A DNA stretch of 64,000 nt, taken from positions 1 through 64,000 of the IMG/VR virus record IMGVR_UViG_3300027797_000019; one strand, given 5' to 3'. The notes under the pieces are model-generated. The model saw only the letters and a program-made list of their open reading frames with translations, did no database searches and had not been told where the DNA came from. Source of the DNA: a virus. A program made the position numbers and the translations under genes. This document shows, in pieces, positions 9,706 through 17,207 of this stretch (the stretch's first letter is position 1; the number at the start of each line of letters is the position of its first letter).

Positions 9706-9966
9706 TTATACATTGATTTCTTCTGCTAGTTCACTAGCTTTTTGAAGAAGTTCAGCAACTTTATCACTAGTGACAAGGTCTGTTTCTGTTACTTCAACCT
9801 TTACATCGTACTTGTGAGGAGGATGTAGTACAAGTTTTACCAAAAGAGCAAACGTTTTTACGGTATGCTCGTTTTCAAAGACGAAAGTGTTTTTCTTTAC
9901 TTCGTCTGTTTTTTTCTCCCGTGCTGTTATTGTCAGCACGTGCATTCTTTGAAGTTCTTTTTCCAT
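9706..9966 (-). CDS. hypothetical protein (start revised to MEKELQ)
   Basis: The upstream extension in the ORF track crosses a terminator-like hairpin, and the ATG at 9966 has an A-rich leader. Confidence 0.65.
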   Translation of the reverse strand: MEKELQRMHVLTITAREKKTDEVKKNTFVFENEHTVKTFALLVKLVLHPPHKYDVKVEVTETDLVTSDKVAELLQKASELAEEINV

Positions 9967-9983
9967 ATTAGGGATTTTAAAAT

Positions 9984-10010
9984 AAAAAAGGAGCACCATA
10001 CTGCTCCCTT
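9984..10010 (-). terminator. intrinsic terminator
   Basis: GGAGCA-ccatac-TGCTCC stem with a T run on the minus strand. Confidence 0.55.
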
Positions 10011-10202
10011 TCGGTAAAATTAAATAGCACATGTAATTAGCATGAATAAGCACTTGTATGGAGCACTCACTGTTTTAGTCATTTTTTTTACGATTAGCTG
10101 TTCGCGTATGCGGTCATACCATGTTCGCGTGGGCGAATATATGTATATAGACATGTTATATAGATGTGTACGCATGTCTACAACTATGTTCGCGTGTGCG
10201 AA

Positions 10203-10445
10203 CTACAAGTCGTTTAAGATGGTGGTGTCAAGGGTGTAAGGTTGGTCTTTAAACCATATAGAATTGACATTGCCTACTGTATCTGTAACGATTGTGCACT
10301 CACCTGACCTGTATACAACGTGGTTGTACTCGGGCTGCTCAACGACGGTCTCTTGAGACTTGTCGTATACTCTTCCGTATTGGAAGATACCGTATAGAAG
10401 GATTAGCCCGAAGAATGCTGTGTAGAAGTTAAACTTGATTACCAT
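10203..10445 (-). CDS. small membrane-anchored protein
   Basis: 80 aa with an N-terminal hydrophobic helix. Confidence 0.7.
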   Translation of the reverse strand: MVIKFNFYTAFFGLILLYGIFQYGRVYDKSQETVVEQPEYNHVVYRSGECTIVTDTVGNVNSIWFKDQPYTLDTTILNDL

Positions 10446-10558
10446 AACATTTCAATTAAGATGCAGCTAATAACTACGATTAAAAATAGGGTTACCGATA
10501 GAATGGCGTTACGGTCAGCATCGTGGACCTGGCGGTTTGATTTAGCTTGATTTTTCAT
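10439..10558 (-). CDS. 39-aa single-pass membrane peptide
   Basis: Manual translation MKNQAKSNRQVHDADRNAILSVTLFLIVVISCILIEMLW*. Its stop overlaps the next start and it has an A-rich leader. Confidence 0.55.
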   Translation of the reverse strand: MKNQAKSNRQVHDADRNAILSVTLFLIVVISCILIEMLW

Positions 10559-10583
10559 ATTATATAGATATTTGGATTGGTTT

Positions 10584-10756
10584 GAACGCAGAACAGGAAT
10601 CGAACCTGCAGCATAGAATAATAAAACGTAGAAACTCTGGTTCGATCACTGGTGATTGTCGCAAATCTGTAAGATAAATACGACAAAGACGCTCGATACT
10701 ACCAATTGTCTGTTGTAAAATTATTACTATGGGACACCTGAACTTTAGCCTGCGTT
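10584..10756 (-). ncRNA. tRNA-like structured RNA (~172 nt) with a long insert replacing the anticodon arm
   Basis: Terminal helix AACGCAGG/TCTGCGTT, canonical T-arm GCAGG-TTCGATT-CCTGT, a GG-containing unpaired D-loop, long helix CATAG-TAATAA/TTATTA-tt-CTATG and internal hairpins. Confidence 0.6.
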
Positions 10757-11120
10757 ATGAGACACAAGGTCTCAAAGATTACAAGACGCGATGTTGTTAC
10801 ACCCGTCACCTACGGTAATCCCCGGGTTTGACTACTCTACTAAGGGAGAATCCCTAACAAAAAACCCAATAGTAGAAAGACTTATTTTACTATATAGTTG
10901 TTAATCATACATAGAGAGTGTATATACCTTTATGTATGGACGTTAAGAATGAGTTAGCTATCTAATCCGTGTTCTGAGTAACTAATGTAATGTTTATCAG
11001 AGTTTTGAAGCGGTAATGATATGGTGAGGTGTGGTTTTCTCACTCATTCGTGCTCTCTCGAACACACTGGAAATTATTCAATTACCGTTGGAATTGTAGT
11101 CTAACTCAAACAAAAACTAA

Positions 11121-11166
11121 ATAGAGAGTACAGTAGCAGGTATTACCCCACTACTGCATCTCTATA
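11121..11166 (-). terminator. long stem-loop after the 11185-11664 gene
   Basis: ATAGAGA..CAGTAG / CTACTG..TCTCTAT stem followed by a T-rich tract on the minus strand. Confidence 0.6.
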
Positions 11167-11184
11167 TAGTAGGCGCATAACGTC

Positions 11185-11664
11185 TTATGCATCTAGATCT
11201 GCGGTCTCAAGACGACGCTGAGCATTGATAGCACGGATAGCGTCACCGTTATCGTGCATAACCATGGTGTCTGTCTTCTCACCAGTAGCGTCATATGCGC
11301 TAAAGCGATAGATAGCTTCACCACTTACGCAGCAGATAACACCAGTGTCACCGGCTTTCTTTGGTTCACGAGTGGTAATGTCCTTAACAAATTGCTTTGC
11401 TTCAGATTCTACCATCTCTACTACACGGATACGACCGGTGATACCACCTTGACGCTTCCACTCTGCAAGTTTTGCTTGCAATGCTTCCATGGAACCGGAA
11501 TAAAGACAGCTGCGCTTTTCTGCTACAGCGATAGTGCGCAATGGGGAAATCTCCTTATCTACATAAGAAGTTTCTTCCATGCGGATCCAACCTTGGTTGG
11601 GATCAGACTCATAGGCTGTCAACTCTGTGACAACCTTCAAATTGGGATTGATGTTCTTGCTCAT
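11185..11664 (-). CDS. early protein, paralog of 11927-12442
   Basis: Shares YExDPxQG, GRI, KxAGxxG, IY, HDN and the C-terminal ADLDA with its neighbour; strong codon bias. Confidence 0.85.
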   Translation of the reverse strand: MSKNINPNLKVVTELTAYESDPNQGWIRMEETSYVDKEISPLRTIAVAEKRSCLYSGSMEALQAKLAEWKRQGGITGRIRVVEMVESEAKQFVKDITTREPKKAGDTGVICCVSGEAIYRFSAYDATGEKTDTMVMHDNGDAIRAINAQRRLETADLDA

Positions 11665-11926
11665 AATTTAACATTTAAATTGTTTTGTTAGTGATTAATT
11701 GCGGTGGTGGGTACTGTTTTTGTTTCATCGACAGTGCTTTGATACTGCAGGTTAGGGCTGCGAGTACCACCAAAAACTACCAGATTTTGCAGACTATCAG
11801 ACATGTCAAGTTGATGATCAAAAAACTGCAGTAGTGTACTTACTGCGTTGGTGAGTATTGTTTTTGTTCCTACTGATGTGCAAGGTCACCCCGAAGGATG
11901 ACCCTGCTTATCAGAGGAGAGTTGAC

Positions 11927-12442
11927 TTAAGCGTCGAGGTCTGCAGATGCAATACGCGCTGCAGCACGGTGTGTGACTACTTCCGCTTTGTTATCGTGCT
12001 CGATGAGCATGTCGATAGCGTCAGGGTTGGAGGTGTACTTACGGAAGTGGTAAATCTTTTTACCTTCTTTAGTAAGCACTGGTCCGTCTTCTCCAGCACG
12101 CTTTACATAGCGGTCCAAGTTCTTGAGGTTGTCAAGGATTGGATCACCTTCCAGGATATCCAGAGACTGGATGCGACCTGGAATCTTACCTGCTTTTTCC
12201 CACATAGCAATCTTCTTTTCAAGCACTTCTACAGGACCTGCATAAAGCGCCTGACGTGTCTTGAGTTGGAGACGAGTGGAAGTTAACAGGGTGATTTCTC
12301 GGAACTGCACATCTTTCAGTACGATGTAACCCTGTTCAGGGTCATCTTCGTAACGACGGACAGAGTTACCGGTTTCGTCTGTAAGGATGAACAGACCTTC
12401 TTTGAAGTCAGAGACTTCGGGTGAAAGAGTTAATTTACTCAT
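11927..12442 (-). CDS. early protein, paralog of 11185-11664
   Basis: Same motifs as its neighbour and ends in ADLDA. Confidence 0.85.
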   Translation of the reverse strand: MSKLTLSPEVSDFKEGLFILTDETGNSVRRYEDDPEQGYIVLKDVQFREITLLTSTRLQLKTRQALYAGPVEVLEKKIAMWEKAGKIPGRIQSLDILEGDPILDNLKNLDRYVKRAGEDGPVLTKEGKKIYHFRKYTSNPDAIDMLIEHDNKAEVVTHRAAARIASADLDA

Positions 12443-12510
12443 GACATTTGATGCGGTTACCTATACACCGACAAGGTTTTAGGGATTTTTTTAGAGCGTA
12501 TTAATTATAA

Positions 12511-12551
12511 ACCCCGAATCAGTGCACGCTCTTTAAGCACTGAAACGGGGT
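12511..12551 (-). terminator. stem-loop after the 12581-12805 gene
   Basis: ACCCCG-aa-TCAGTGC / GCACTGA-aa-CGGGGT. Confidence 0.55.
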
Positions 12552-12580
12552 ATATCGTAATTCTATGTGGTGGTGAGTTA

Positions 12581-12805
12581 TTACTCGTCCCACATAAAGT
12601 TTCCTACAGCAACGACCATGCAGATGTAACCGATGAATCCGAAGATTCCTGCGGGTACACTGGTAGTGATATCGTAGTAGGAAAGAGGCGTTAATACCAT
12701 GAACATGATAGCAATTGCGGACATGATGATGGTAAGCATGATTGCGGGTAACACGAAGAGTGCTACGACTTGTACAGGTAGTACAACATTTCTGAGATTT
12801 CTCAT
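12581..12805 (-). CDS. two-TM membrane protein
   Basis: 74 aa, almost entirely hydrophobic. Confidence 0.75.
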   Translation of the reverse strand: MRNLRNVVLPVQVVALFVLPAIMLTIIMSAIAIMFMVLTPLSYYDITTSVPAGIFGFIGYICMVVAVGNFMWDE

Positions 12806-12929
12806 GATATTTAGGGTTTTGATGTTACTTGTTAGAGATGGTGAGTATTACACATAAAGCGGTAATAAAGGAGATACCAGATGTGTAGTCCAGTATCTCC
12901 TGTGTCGTGCTGCCGGGCGTGAGTAATCC

Positions 12930-13031
12930 CTACTCACCTTTCTCCTTGCAGTTGTCTCTGTAGTAGCGATACGCTTCTCGCAGTGACTTAGCAAGGATAC
13001 TGACTCCCGAGATGATGTACCAGTGATACAT
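12930..13031 (-). CDS. 33-aa peptide, first gene of the minus-strand arm
   Basis: Manual translation MYHWYIISGVSILAKSLREAYRYYRDNCKEKGE*, followed by a GGAGATAC/GTATCTCC hairpin at about 12870-12900. Confidence 0.45.
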   Translation of the reverse strand: MYHWYIISGVSILAKSLREAYRYYRDNCKEKGE

Positions 13032-13049
13032 GCTCAGTGATTTTTCATG

Positions 13050-13200
13050 CTGGATTACACCGGGGGTGGGTACAGTTTCTCCCGAACCCTGGGGTGGTTG
13101 TTATAACCCCTCCTCCCTCTTTCTCCCTTGTATGCATCTGAGTACCGTATAGGGGGGGGGTGACTTTTTCTTGTTGGAACTATGGGGGTAGTGAATTCTA
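13050..13200. other. non-coding divergence point with G/C runs (candidate genome terminus, packaging or origin region)
   Basis: Strand switch of gene orientation; G5, G4, G9 (13152-13160) and G5 runs and a pyrimidine tract in an AT-rich genome. Confidence 0.45.
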
Positions 13201-13211
13201 CATATTGTAGA

Positions 13212-13227
13212 CGTTTCACGTGAAACA
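13212..13227. promoter_or_regulatory. parS-like palindrome
   Basis: CGTTTCACGTGAAACA, a 15/16 match to the bacterial parS consensus TGTTTCACGTGAAACA. Confidence 0.7.
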
Positions 13228-13251
13228 TGTAGAACTAAGGATAATTTTGTA

Positions 13252-13259
13252 TATATTTG
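13252..13259 (+). promoter_or_regulatory. Bacteroidota -7 promoter element
   Basis: TATATTTG (TAnnTTTG) just upstream of tRNA-Arg. Confidence 0.65.
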
Positions 13260-13265
13260 TCGCAT

Positions 13266-13339
<74 letters not shown>

Positions 13340-13399
13340 CAATAAGACGTTTATGCACAATAAAGCTGTCCAGTTTATTATGCAAAAAACTGGACAAAT

Positions 13400-13732
13400 A
13401 TGTATCCTATGAAGATTGTATTCCCTAAGCAGATTAAGATCCTTTCTCATACGTTCACTGTAGTACAGAAGAAGGATGATGCGGGTGGGTCATTTGACTT
13501 TTCCCGTAATGAGATTGTTATTGGTACGATGCTTCTTAAAAGTGACCCCGCATATACGTTTAGCATTATCTGTCACGAGGTAATGGAGGCTATTACGGTC
13601 GTAACCGCGACGAGGTTTTCAGACACCTCGGTGCTAGGCAACTACCATTTTATCATGGACCACAAGCAATTTGAAATCAACGTGTCCATATTTGCGTCAG
13701 TTATACAAGAGTTTCTACCTAAATCAAAGTAA
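13400..13732 (+). CDS. putative metallopeptidase-fold phage protein
   Basis: IICHEVMEA (HExxE variant) after a G-x-F...IVI strand, a mini-zincin-like pattern. Confidence 0.55.
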   Translation: MYPMKIVFPKQIKILSHTFTVVQKKDDAGGSFDFSRNEIVIGTMLLKSDPAYTFSIICHEVMEAITVVTATRFSDTSVLGNYHFIMDHKQFEINVSIFASVIQEFLPKSK

Positions 13733-13734
13733 CC

Positions 13735-13938
13735 ATGAAAATCATTTTTAAACGTTTCGCGTTGATGACCAACTTTAATAACTTCTTTATCTTACCTACG
13801 CTTACAGTATGGTATGAGGAAGACTTCAAAGTGGTAATACATGCAAAAACAAAAAAGCCCGAAGTTGTTGGTAAGTATTACCACTACAACCTCGAGCTTA
13901 GTTGGTTAAAATGGACGCTGTCCTTTGCTGTCAACTAG
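13735..13938 (+). CDS. hypothetical protein
   Basis: 67-aa ORF directly after the previous gene. Confidence 0.6.
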   Translation: MKIIFKRFALMTNFNNFFILPTLTVWYEEDFKVVIHAKTKKPEVVGKYYHYNLELSWLKWTLSFAVN

Positions 13939-14471
13939 TCATCATATTTGTTTTGCTCAATCTCATTCCAGGTTTGGAATATTTCTGAGAAATCTACTTT
14001 ATCTTTCCATGTTGCATTTTCAAATTCTTCTAATGCGCACTTTTTGCATTTAGTAAGAGTCCACCCGTCATTCCATCTACCCACATCTTCTCTTGAGCCA
14101 CACTCTTCACAAGTGTAAAAGGATTCTTCCTCCGCTTTGTCAATGGCTTTCCAGTTCTCTTCCGAGGTAGCCGTTACGTAAAATCTAAGACCACCAAACT
14201 TTTCTTTGATCTGAGTTACTTTAGTAACATGGTCTGTATTTTTCTCTAGGTTCATGCGGGTATCGTTTTCGTGAATAGTCTCCACAAGCTTTTTAATGAT
14301 TGGATACCATCCGAAACCAACGCCCATACCTGTACCATAGGTCTCATAAGGCTCAGGTTCGCAGTTAAGTCTAACGCAAAAAGTAAACATCTTAGGATAA
14401 ATGTCTACAATCTGCTTGGCAAGCTTGTGTCGAAGCTCACGTTTTTTTTCAATTTCATCATTTGTATTCAT
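13935..14471 (-). CDS. conserved phage protein with a QIKEKFGGLRFY motif and Zn ribbon
   Basis: QIKEKFGGLRFY...TCEECG...W..TKCKKC. Confidence 0.8.
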   Translation of the reverse strand: MNTNDEIEKKRELRHKLAKQIVDIYPKMFTFCVRLNCEPEPYETYGTGMGVGFGWYPIIKKLVETIHENDTRMNLEKNTDHVTKVTQIKEKFGGLRFYVTATSEENWKAIDKAEEESFYTCEECGSREDVGRWNDGWTLTKCKKCALEEFENATWKDKVDFSEIFQTWNEIEQNKYDD

Positions 14472-14516
14472 AGTCTAGGATTTTTCCGACCAAATCTGAT
14501 CGGTGGTTAATTTTTC

Positions 14517-14840
14517 TTATTCGCTTAGTCTTGTTAGATGATCTGCAATTTTAATATGCATGTCAATATCACTCACATGCTCTAATACTTGTTTTAGTAG
14601 TTCTTGTATGTGACGTTTACTTTTTTCTTTACCCATCCTTACATTCTTTGATTCAACAAAGTGTAAGAAATAAGATATTTCATCAGCTTCTCTAAGCTTA
14701 GTATAGTATTTGTCTAAACGAGCGTCAACTCTGCGAACAGATTGTGTACTCAATACAACAGTAGCTGCTTTTTCAAGCTCGTCAATACGACCTTTCAAAT
14801 ATTGGATTTCACCATATTTGAGAATTTGTTCGTCTGTCAT
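14517..14840 (-). CDS. hypothetical protein
   Basis: 107-aa helical ORF. Confidence 0.7.
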   Translation of the reverse strand: MTDEQILKYGEIQYLKGRIDELEKAATVVLSTQSVRRVDARLDKYYTKLREADEISYFLHFVESKNVRMGKEKSKRHIQELLKQVLEHVSDIDMHIKIADHLTRLSE

Positions 14841-14850
14841 AGGGTTGGTT

Positions 14851-15285
14851 TTATTTCTCCAGCGTATACGTGGAGTTTTTAGTTTTAAACTTTAAGAGTT
14901 TCTCATCGTCAACAAGAATCTCGGTGATTTGGGTAGTTAACCAAGTGAAGTCGATAGGATTAGGGTCCATAATAAAACTAAAATCTAGTTGAGGTTGATC
15001 ATGCAGATCTTTACCTGTACCGTTTTCGTTCCATTCTACAAACTTATAACTCAAGCCAGCAATTTTTTTACCGTCTTCTTCACGAGTCAGATAAAATATT
15101 TTAGGTTCAGGTTTTTTACCACCACAATCTTCGCAGTATTGGGGGTCTAAATGCTGCTCACCTTTCATAGCAGCAAGTTCTTCTTGACTCATATATTTTC
15201 CTGTTTTAATGATTTTACTACACTTACTACATAACAATGCTCCTTGACCACTGTTAAACTTAAAAATTGCTTTTTTCTTTGCCAT
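14851..15285 (-). CDS. Zn-finger-containing hypothetical protein
   Basis: KFNSGQGALLCSKCSKII...YCEDC. Confidence 0.75.
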   Translation of the reverse strand: MAKKKAIFKFNSGQGALLCSKCSKIIKTGKYMSQEELAAMKGEQHLDPQYCEDCGGKKPEPKIFYLTREEDGKKIAGLSYKFVEWNENGTGKDLHDQPQLDFSFIMDPNPIDFTWLTTQITEILVDDEKLLKFKTKNSTYTLEK

Positions 15286-15286
15286 A

Positions 15287-15784
15287 TTAAAAATTCCAAT
15301 GCTTGTTTTCTCTTTCCCAATAAAACTCTAGGGGTTCTTTTTTCCAGTCATAGTAAAATCCTACAACGTCTGACCAGAAAACACTGTGTACATTTTCAAA
15401 TAACGCAACCGAGATTACGTTAAGTCCCTTGTCTTGAAGATCTGCAGAGATAAATTCAAATGTTTTACCGGAAATAACACCCGCCTCGACAATAATGACA
15501 TTCTCATAACTGTCAAACTTGTGAGAAACAAAGTGTATAAAATCATCTTGGAAATGGGCAGGGTCTTCATCGGGATATGGGATATCTACAGGTACAATGT
15601 CTAGCATTTCACCATCTTTGCTTAAATGATGTGCTACATGCATAGCTACAGTAGCGCTATAATCAGGTGACACCATTGCAATAACAGTGTTGCGAGGGGT
15701 TAATTCATTGTATTGAGCTAGTTCTTCCAGCTGACCACATACTTTTGTAATGGCTTCCCATTCTAATTCTCTATTAACTTTCAT
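15287..15784 (-). CDS. phosphoribosyltransferase-fold protein with a divergent PRPP loop
   Basis: VIIVEAGVISGKTF resembles the hhhhDDhhxSGxT motif; C-terminal FYWE. Confidence 0.6.
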   Translation of the reverse strand: MKVNRELEWEAITKVCGQLEELAQYNELTPRNTVIAMVSPDYSATVAMHVAHHLSKDGEMLDIVPVDIPYPDEDPAHFQDDFIHFVSHKFDSYENVIIVEAGVISGKTFEFISADLQDKGLNVISVALFENVHSVFWSDVVGFYYDWKKEPLEFYWERENKHWNF

Positions 15785-15981
15785 AGGTCTTGTGTTATGA
15801 TACCCAGTCGGTTGTCTTTTGCATCTGTAATAATATCAACAGTCCCAGTTCTGTATAACTTATACTGTCCGTTCTTGTAGACTTTAATAGTCTTAGACTC
15901 GTCCAGGTATTTGAACGTCTTCTTAAGTAAGATGTCACGTATCTTCTTAAGTTTTAAGCTCGAAGTATACCTTTCCGGCAT
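15781..15981 (-). CDS. small basic hypothetical protein
   Basis: 66 aa, overlaps the next start. Confidence 0.6.
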   Translation of the reverse strand: MPERYTSSLKLKKIRDILLKKTFKYLDESKTIKVYKNGQYKLYRTGTVDIITDAKDNRLGIITQDL

Positions 15982-16052
15982 ATTACACTTTAAAAGTTTA
16001 ACCTAACCTCTACAAAAATACTAATAAATTTGTAGAATTTAAACTTTCTAAG

Positions 16053-16068
16053 TATATTTGTATTGTAG
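16053..16068 (+). promoter_or_regulatory. promoter TATATTTG plus TGTAG motif
   Basis: TAnnTTTG followed by TATTGTAG, upstream of the 16088 ATG. Confidence 0.6.
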
Positions 16069-16087
16069 ACCTTAAACCAATAAGAAT

Positions 16088-16372
16088 ATGGATACAACAG
16101 AAAACCTTGCACAAGAAGCTCCTAAGCAGGAACAACCTTCGCGAGAAGACATTATCAAATGGTACAATTCACAGATTGAGTTAGCAAGTCTTCGTTATCA
16201 ACTTGCAGATCTCAACAGTAAAACAGCAATTGCAGATGCACAGCGATTGAATGCAGTGATGACTATGAGTGCTATGCAAGCTTCACAGGAAGATGGTGAG
16301 CAAGATGAAAATATTACTCCTAATGAAGAACCGGCGTCTGGAGGTGGAAGATCTCTCAAACGCAATAGTTAA
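16088..16372 (+). CDS. coiled-coil hypothetical protein
   Basis: 94 aa with an AAACCAA leader. Confidence 0.75.
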   Translation: MDTTENLAQEAPKQEQPSREDIIKWYNSQIELASLRYQLADLNSKTAIADAQRLNAVMTMSAMQASQEDGEQDENITPNEEPASGGGRSLKRNS

Positions 16373-16416
16373 GAAAGGGTGAATAAGTGAAATCCAATAC
16401 CTGTGAAAACCTATGG

Positions 16417-16448
16417 TATAAGCCCTCCGTCTAAACGCGGGGGGTTTA
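16417..16448 (+). terminator. stem-loop terminator
   Basis: TAAGCCCTCCG / CGGGGGGTTTA. Confidence 0.55.
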
Positions 16449-16470
16449 TCCATTAACTAAGTTCTTTAAA

Positions 16471-16596
16471 ATGAAGAAGCAACGAGGAGGACCTAAGCGA
16501 AACCGTTGGATTGAGGACATCGAGGATAGGAACTACGAAAACCGCGGTTTTGAAAAGTTTTCTAAGAAAAACCAACAAAAAAAGAAAACTGATTAG
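16471..16596 (+). CDS. 41-aa basic peptide
   Basis: Manual translation MKKQRGGPKRNRWIEDIEDRNYENRGFEKFSKKNQQKKKTD*. Confidence 0.5.
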   Translation: MKKQRGGPKRNRWIEDIEDRNYENRGFEKFSKKNQQKKKTD

Positions 16597-16601
16597 GTCT
16601 T

Positions 16602-16675
16602 GCCACCATAGCTCAATCTGGTAGAGCAACTGATTTGTACTCAGTAGGTTGTGGGTTCAATTCCTACTGGTGGCT
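16602..16675 (+). tRNA. tRNA-Thr(UGU)
   Basis: Acceptor GCCACCA/TGGTGGC, anticodon arm ACTGA-TTTGTAC-TCAGT, T-loop TTCAATT. Confidence 0.93.
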
Positions 16676-16700
16676 CTAAACAATTATAAACCAATAAATT

Positions 16701-16976
16701 ATGAAATTAGTCGGAACAAGAATTCTATTAAACAAGCCTGTAAAACCTGAATCTAAGGTAATCTTAACACCTGAAGGTGAAGCCGAGGTTGAAAGAACAA
16801 TGATGAAACAGTGGACAACTCTTGAGGTCTATGCAGTCGGTGAAGACGTATCTCTTGTTAAAACTGGAGATAAGGTCTACATCCCTGCAATTATTCTTCA
16901 GAACACTGAGATTGTCGAGGTAGATGGAGAAACACGTCTGATGATTGCTGAAAGAGACATTGCAATTGTCTGGTAA
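16701..16976 (+). CDS. GroES/Cpn10-like co-chaperonin
   Basis: MKLVGTRILL...VYAVGEDVSLVKTGDKV...DGETRLMIAERDIAIV follows the GroES pattern. Confidence 0.8.
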   Translation: MKLVGTRILLNKPVKPESKVILTPEGEAEVERTMMKQWTTLEVYAVGEDVSLVKTGDKVYIPAIILQNTEIVEVDGETRLMIAERDIAIVW

Positions 16977-16981
16977 CTAAA

Positions 16982-17056
16982 GGCGGGGTAGACTGGAGTT
17001 GGTTCCAGCTTGGTCTCATAAGCCAAACTACGTGAGTTCGAATCTCACCCCCGCAA
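16982..17056 (+). tRNA. tRNA-Met(CAU), initiator-like
   Basis: Acceptor GGCGGGG/CCCCGCA with a 1:72 mismatch, anticodon arm TTGGT-CTCATAA-GCCAA, T-arm GTGAG-TTCGAAT-CTCAC. Confidence 0.88.
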
Positions 17057-17062
17057 CAAGTC

Positions 17063-17187
17063 AATGTCTTGTTGGTGTAAGCGTAAAAAGAACACACCTA
17101 TCCCTACTTGGTGGAAAGGGTTACAGGCATATTCGCAAGTATGTCCTGGATATTAGGTGATGAGCGTGAAACTCGCTCACTGACATT
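17063..17187 (+). ncRNA. degenerate tRNA-like RNA with a two-hairpin insert in the anticodon loop
   Basis: AATGTC/GACATT ends, D-arm-like TGGTGTAA..AACAC, CACCTA/TAGGTG stem enclosing two hairpins, T-arm-like GAGCG-TGAAACT-CGCTC; lies directly after tRNA-Met. Confidence 0.45.
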
Positions 17188-17207
17188 CATTAACAAATTA
17201 AACCAAA

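Noticed and set aside
10584-10756. Calling this element a bona fide tmRNA (ssrA)
   Set aside because: Too short, no G3-U70 alanine identity pair, no evident tag ORF or encoded CCA; kept as an unclassified tRNA-like RNA
11254-12286. Plus-strand ORFs 11254-11691 and 11858-12286
   Set aside because: Antisense shadows of the strongly codon-biased paralog pair
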